Below, piece after piece: positions 59,601-64,000 of a stretch of DNA of 64,000 bases. The first letter of the stretch is position 1; every line of letters starts with the position of its first letter. The notes under the pieces were generated by a model. The model was given only the letters and a program-made list of their open reading frames with translations. It had not been told where the DNA came from and searched no databases. The translations under genes and the position numbers were made by a program. Origin of the DNA: an uncultured virus (IMG/VR IMGVR_UViG_3300043443_000309) (Duplodnaviria > Heunggongvirae > Uroviricota > Caudoviricetes); IMG/VR virus record IMGVR_UViG_3300043443_000309, one strand, 5' to 3'.

Positions 59601-61440
59601 AATTTTGTCGGACATCACAGTCCACATGAAGTACGCAAGGTATCTTCCTGAAGAATACCGCCGTGAATCTTATGAAGAAATCACGGAACGCAACATGCAA
59701 ATGCACATCAAGAAGTATCCTCATCTTGAACAAGAGATAAAGGATGCTTACAAGTTTGTTATCAATCGTCAGGTATTGCCTTCAATGCGTTCAATGCAAT
59801 TTGGTGGCAAGCCAATCGAGATTGCTCCAAACAGGATCTTCAACTGCGCTTTTATGCCTATTGATGATCTTCGCTCATTCTCAGAGGCAATGTTCTTGCT
59901 TTTGGGCGGAACAGGTGTTGGCTTCTCAGTCCAAAAACACCATGTTGAGAAACTACCTGAGATCCGTCGCCCATCCGGTCGCGAAAAGCGTTTCCTTGTT
60001 GGAGACAGCATCGAAGGTTGGGCAGACGCCGTTCGCGTTCTCCTACAGTCTTACTTCCGAGGTACAAGCCGAATTCGCTTCGACTTCTCAGATGTTCGTC
60101 CAAAGGGCGCTCGTTTGGTTACTTCTGGTGGTAAAGCACCGGGACCACAGCCACTAGTTGAGTGTCTGGTCAAGATTGACGGAATGTTGAATGCAAAGAG
60201 AGACGGAGAAAAGCTAACTCCTATTGAATGCCACGACATTATGTGTCACATTGCTGACGCAGTTCTTGCTGGTGGTATTCGTCGTGCTGCTCTCATCTCA
60301 CTATTCTCTGCCGACGATGACGAAATGATTGCTTGCAAGTCGGGTAATTGGTGGGAGACAAACCCACAACGCGGTCGTGCCAACAACTCTGCCGTTCTTC
60401 TTCGCCACAAGATTGATAAGGAATACTTCTTGGATCTATGGCAACGCATTCGCGAAAGCGGTTCAGGCGAACCCGGCATTTATCTAAACAACGATAAAGA
60501 TTGGGGAACAAATCCTTGCTGTGAAATCGCACTTCGTCCTTACCAGTTCTGCAATCTTACAGAAGTAAATGTAAGCGACGTTGAGACACAAGAGGACTAT
60601 GAAGCAAGAGTTCGTGCTGCTGCCTTTATTGGCACTCTACAAGCGTCTTACACCGACTTCCACTACCTTCGCCCAGTTTGGCAACGCACAACTGAGAAGG
60701 ACGCTCTAATCGGCGTTGGAATGACCGGCATTGCTTCTGGTAAGGTTCTTGATCTTGACATGACAAAAGCAGGCGAAGTTGTGAGAGAAGAAAACGCAAG
60801 AGTAGCAAAACTACTAGGTATCAACCCAGCAGCAAGAACAACCTGCGTTAAGCCTTCTGGAACAACCTCACTTGTCCTTGGAACCTCGTCAGGCATTCAC
60901 GCTTGGCACAACGACACTTACATTCGTCGCATCCGTGTGGGCAAGAATGAAGCAATCTACACCTACCTTGCCGAGAACCACCCAGAACTTATTGAAGACG
61001 AATACTTCCGTCCTCACGACACCGCTGTTATTTCTGTTCCCCAGAAAGCACCAGAGGGGTCAATCGTGCGAACCGAATCCGCTCTTGATCTCCTAGAGAG
61101 AGTAAAGAAGGTAAGTCAAACTTGGATCAAGTCAGGACACAAGAAGGGTCAAAACACCCACAATGTTTCCGCAACCGTTTCAATCAAGAACGAGGAATGG
61201 GAACCAGTTGGCGAGTGGATGTGGGAAAACCGCGCATTCTACAATGGTCTATCTGTTTTGCCTGCGTTTGAGCACACTTACAAGCAAGCACCTTACGAGG
61301 ATTGCGATGATGAAACCTACAACAAACTATTTGAGGCTCTAAAATCAATTGATCTCAACTATGTCCACGAAGTAGATGACAACACCAACCTCACAGATCA
61401 GGCTGCGTGCGCGGGTGGCGGAAGTTGCGACTTGAAGTGA
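59584..61440 (+). CDS. nrdJ: Class II (B12-dependent) ribonucleotide reductase
   Basis: FNCAF, GTGVGFSV, GGIRRAALI, RANNS, GEPG, TNPCCEI, CNL, VKPSGT and C-terminal CAGGGSC. Confidence 0.9.
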   Translation: MNLATRILSDITVHMKYARYLPEEYRRESYEEITERNMQMHIKKYPHLEQEIKDAYKFVINRQVLPSMRSMQFGGKPIEIAPNRIFNCAFMPIDDLRSFSEAMFLLLGGTGVGFSVQKHHVEKLPEIRRPSGREKRFLVGDSIEGWADAVRVLLQSYFRGTSRIRFDFSDVRPKGARLVTSGGKAPGPQPLVECLVKIDGMLNAKRDGEKLTPIECHDIMCHIADAVLAGGIRRAALISLFSADDDEMIACKSGNWWETNPQRGRANNSAVLLRHKIDKEYFLDLWQRIRESGSGEPGIYLNNDKDWGTNPCCEIALRPYQFCNLTEVNVSDVETQEDYEARVRAAAFIGTLQASYTDFHYLRPVWQRTTEKDALIGVGMTGIASGKVLDLDMTKAGEVVREENARVAKLLGINPAARTTCVKPSGTTSLVLGTSSGIHAWHNDTYIRRIRVGKNEAIYTYLAENHPELIEDEYFRPHDTAVISVPQKAPEGSIVRTESALDLLERVKKVSQTWIKSGHKKGQNTHNVSATVSIKNEEWEPVGEWMWENRAFYNGLSVLPAFEHTYKQAPYEDCDDETYNKLFEALKSIDLNYVHEVDDNTNLTDQAACAGGGSCDLK

Positions 61441-61456
61441 GATAGATAGTAAATTT

Positions 61457-61497
61457 GTCCTTTCTGTCAAATAACAGGCAGAAAGGACTATTTATTT
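61457..61497 (+). terminator. Terminator-like hairpin overlapping a late motif
   Basis: 12-bp stem gtcctttctgtc/ggcagaaaggac followed by tatttattt; ACTATTTAT at 61487. Confidence 0.65.
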
Positions 61498-61508
61498 ATG
61501 TTTAGGAG

Positions 61509-61823
61509 AACAATAATGAAAATCACAACCGCACAACTTCGTCAGATTATTAAGGAAGAATTGGAGAAGGTTATGTCCGAGGCTGAAACTGCTTATGATC
61601 GGTTATCTGATAGGATAAGGACTGCGGAAACAACTGTTTCAGCAATCGAATACGACATCGAAAATAGTAATGAACTAACGGATGAGCAAAAAGAAGAGCT
61701 ACTAAAAATGGCAAAAGATAAAGGAGTAGAAATCCGTAAAAAGGTTTCTGTGCCTGCTTTCTTTCCTGTAGTATTTTGAGAACAATAAAGGTCAACAATA
61801 ATGAAAATCACAACCGCACAACT
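61509..61823 (+). repeat. 30-bp exact direct repeat (61509-61538 and 61794-61823) spanning two gene starts
   Basis: aacaataatgaaaatcacaaccgcacaact occurs twice. Confidence 0.92.
61516..61779 (+). CDS. Small protein with MKITTAQLRQIIKEE leader
   Basis: AGGAG SD before ATG 61516; late motif upstream. Confidence 0.65.
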   Translation: MKITTAQLRQIIKEELEKVMSEAETAYDRLSDRIRTAETTVSAIEYDIENSNELTDEQKEELLKMAKDKGVEIRKKVSVPAFFPVVF

Positions 61824-62340
61824 CAAAAAGATTATCTTGGAAGAAGTAGCTGTAGTTCTATCCAAAGGACCACAAGCTTCTTCACTGTTCAAGGATCTTA
61901 TGGGACAATACATCGGTTCTATTCGCGGCGGTCAACTATGGTTCCACGGCGCACACAATACCGCCAAAGGCATTTCGTTCTCTGCCGATCATCCCGGTAT
62001 TCTAGCTGACATCTACACTGCTTTTGAAGAACAATACGACGAAGCAGTTGAAAAGGCAATAGGCAACACCAGCGACGACATGATGGGTTGTCCAATGTGC
62101 AATACCAAGAAAGCTATGGAAGTTATGTCCAACTACGAAAGCCCAGCTTCAATGGATGAAGAGGGTATCATCGACACTGGTTTGCAAATGCTGCAAGACC
62201 ATCACCAGCTTATGACTGATGTGTTCGATCAACTAGAAGAAGCTGGTGAATTGCCACTAGGTGTCAATGACATGCTAGCTGCTCATGCAAACGACATTGA
62301 GACATTTATTTACTTGATGCAACAACGAGCCAAGAGATAG
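61801..62340 (+). CDS. Dps/ferritin-like protein with MKITTAQL leader
   Basis: AHNTAKGISFSADH...ADIY...YDEAVEK aligns with the Dps ferroxidase pattern HWNVKG..F...H..FEE.Y......DEIAER. Confidence 0.72.
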   Translation: MKITTAQLKKIILEEVAVVLSKGPQASSLFKDLMGQYIGSIRGGQLWFHGAHNTAKGISFSADHPGILADIYTAFEEQYDEAVEKAIGNTSDDMMGCPMCNTKKAMEVMSNYESPASMDEEGIIDTGLQMLQDHHQLMTDVFDQLEEAGELPLGVNDMLAAHANDIETFIYLMQQRAKR

Positions 62341-62358
62341 TTTTTTTGCACCCGAGCC

Positions 62359-62387
62359 TTGACGCCCTTTAGCTCTTCGGTTATACT
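62359..62387 (+). promoter_or_regulatory. Sigma70-type promoter TTGACG-17-TATACT, embedded in a hairpin
   Basis: -35 at 62359-62364, -10 at 62382-62387. Confidence 0.82.
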
Positions 62388-62406
62388 ATAAGAGTTGGAG
62401 GGCGTA

Positions 62407-62646
62407 ATGAAGCTCAACTATCTTCTCGAAAACGATAAACAAATGGAAGATTGCCCTGCTTCTGCCACTGGTAAGCAGAAGCATAATTGGGTTGCTACAA
62501 CTCACATCCAAGCAATGCGCGGCAATAACATCTGTGTCCGATTTATTTGCAAGCGTTGCAAGCGTTTGCATGATGAGTTCATGCCAACTGATAAGTACAA
62601 GTTGCATGAGCGAGCTATTGAACTGAACAAATTTATGGAGTATTGA
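62407..62646 (+). CDS. Small hypothetical Zn-binding protein
   Basis: C...H...CKRC; GGAGG SD before ATG 62407. Confidence 0.55.
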   Translation: MKLNYLLENDKQMEDCPASATGKQKHNWVATTHIQAMRGNNICVRFICKRCKRLHDEFMPTDKYKLHERAIELNKFMEY

Positions 62647-62942
62647 TGAGTAACCTAGAACCACAAAACAGAAGGCTGTACGTCCTTCCCGAAGCTTCAC
62701 TTCCCGGTTTGGAAGAACAAGCCCCTTTGATCTTGCTTCCTGAAGATTTCAAGTCCTCAAAGGAAATCATGAATGAATTCACAATCGCAGAAGTGGTAAA
62801 GTCTTCTTTGGACTGCACCTCTGAGTATTTCCCCGGTACTAAGGTTGTGTTTCCAACACACTTGCTTGAAACCGTTAGCATCCGTGGTCAGGACTATGCA
62901 TTCATCCTTGAAAACCACATTATCGCTTCGTGGACTGAATAA
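62646..62942 (+). CDS. GroES-like co-chaperonin
   Basis: LEPQNRRLYV...LILLP...AEVV...GTKVVF...GQDYAFILENHII follows the GroES pattern. Confidence 0.7.
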   Translation: MSNLEPQNRRLYVLPEASLPGLEEQAPLILLPEDFKSSKEIMNEFTIAEVVKSSLDCTSEYFPGTKVVFPTHLLETVSIRGQDYAFILENHIIASWTE

Positions 62943-63160
62943 TGTCTGAAATTGTAAACCATCCTTCACATTACGGTGGAGCCAACAATCAGTACGAGGC
63001 AATCAAGGTTATTGAAGCTTGGGAGCTTGGCTTCCATCTTGGAAATGTTGTCAAATACATTTCACGGGCTGGTAAGAAGCACAATAGAGTGTTAGAAGAT
63101 CTAAAGAAAGCCCGCTGGTATTTGGACCGGCAAATCGAACAGTTGGAAAAAACAAAATGA
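62942..63160 (+). CDS. DUF3310 family protein
   Basis: VNHPSHY...EAI..I...GFHLGNVVKYISRAGKK...EDLKKARWYL. Confidence 0.88.
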   Translation: MSEIVNHPSHYGGANNQYEAIKVIEAWELGFHLGNVVKYISRAGKKHNRVLEDLKKARWYLDRQIEQLEKTK

Positions 63161-63576
63161 AACAAGAACTTGAAAGCAAACTTTACGAGAAATACCCTGA
63201 CATCTTCCGTCAGAAAGACCTTCCTATGTCCCAAACTTGTATGTGTTGGGGGCTTGAATGCGGAGATGGTTGGTATAACCTCATCGATTCGGCCTGCGCT
63301 CTTATTTCACATCAGATCAAATACAACAAGTGCCCACCAGTTGAATACACCCAAGTCAAAGAGAAGTTTGGCGGTCTTCGCATCTATTACACAGGCGGAA
63401 ATGACTTTGTTGATGGCGTGATCTCGACTGTCAGTTATCTGAGCCAACAGACTTGTGAAACCTGTGGCAACCCCGGTAAACAGACAAACGAAGGTTGGAT
63501 TAGAACACTTTGTGAACCATGTAATGAACAGAGAAAACTTGCCCGACCTACAAGGTTTGATAGGAGTGACCCATGA
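63157..63576 (+). CDS. Conserved phage hypothetical protein
   Basis: ECGDGW, QVKEKFGGLRIY and CETCG.PG...GWIRTLC motifs. Confidence 0.7.
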   Translation: MKQELESKLYEKYPDIFRQKDLPMSQTCMCWGLECGDGWYNLIDSACALISHQIKYNKCPPVEYTQVKEKFGGLRIYYTGGNDFVDGVISTVSYLSQQTCETCGNPGKQTNEGWIRTLCEPCNEQRKLARPTRFDRSDP

Positions 63577-63995
63577 AATACGAGGTAGATTTGAACGAGG
63601 TTGACCGCATGGGCAGAGAATGCTCTAAGATGGAATGCTTTGAATGGCTTCCGGGAATGCTCTACATCCATCCAGCCTATCATGACGGCTCTACTGGCTA
63701 CATGCAACGGATTGGCGATGCGGATACTGCAAGGAAGCTCAAGGGTAATTCGTTTATTTTCCCAGTCTTGACAGATCCAGCTACTCTCGGAGCCATTGAA
63801 CATGGTATACTAGCAGAGTCAGGAATGTTCATCCATCCACTCTTCGGTTTCGTAGACGACATGGTTGAATGGCCGGAAGCATTTGAACTTATCGTGCCTT
63901 ATCGGTATCGAGAAGTCAGAACCTATCCTGTGAAAGAAAACAGGATTGAAGCAATACTAGAAGGACTAAGGATTATCAATGAATACGGCGTATAA
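63573..63995 (+). CDS. Hypothetical protein
   Basis: AGGAG SD and ATGA overlap with the upstream gene. Confidence 0.55.
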   Translation: MKYEVDLNEVDRMGRECSKMECFEWLPGMLYIHPAYHDGSTGYMQRIGDADTARKLKGNSFIFPVLTDPATLGAIEHGILAESGMFIHPLFGFVDDMVEWPEAFELIVPYRYREVRTYPVKENRIEAILEGLRIINEYGV

Positions 63996-64000
63996 TAAAT

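Noticed and set aside
52298..62405. N4-type DNA hairpin promoters for a virion RNA polymerase
   Set aside because: The stems share no sequence, contain G-U pairs valid only on the + strand RNA, and carry canonical -35/-10 boxes.
747..63803. All minus-strand ORFs and short nested plus-strand ORFs in the track
   Set aside because: They shadow well-supported + strand genes and have no recognisable motifs or SDs.
1..64000. tRNA genes, CRISPR arrays, introns, inteins, transposases
   Set aside because: Intergenic gaps are short and explained; terminase, helicase, RecA and RNR are uninterrupted; no spaced repeats or cloverleaf seen.
1..64000. Alternative genetic code (stop reassignment)
   Set aside because: Core genes are full-length in the standard code and TAA, TGA and TAG all end genes at sensible positions.

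Overview
A 64-kb segment of a large T4-like myovirus genome, with every supported gene on the + strand. Gene order: large virion/baseplate-fibre proteins (1-13.3 kb); RuvC-like resolvase, primase, a single-ORF SbcD-SbcC (gp47-gp46) fusion and a putative holin/spanin trio; terminase, portal, prohead protease, ribosomal protein bS21, scaffold, major capsid, neck, sheath, tube, tail chaperone, tape measure, baseplate and endolysin; then a replication block (short PolA-like protein, degenerate tubulin, gp32-like SSB, RecA/UvsX, deaminase, 5'-3' exonuclease, DnaB helicase, class II RNR, Dps-like protein, GroES). Main observations beyond the gene list: (1) promoters embedded in G-U-containing RNA hairpins that would hide the downstream ribosome-binding site on read-through transcripts, seen for three sigma70-type promoters and one late-type motif; (2) apparent absence of the tetramer ATAT and near-absence of CCWGG; (3) a recurrent putative late promoter ACTAYTTA; (4) a portable N-terminal MKIT..QL..II.EE leader on unrelated cargo, including a Dps-like protein; (5) a likely +1/-2 frameshift in the tail chaperone gene; (6) a PolA-like protein with an altered steric-gate residue. 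Functional calls come from motif recognition by eye; no database searches or computed counts were run.
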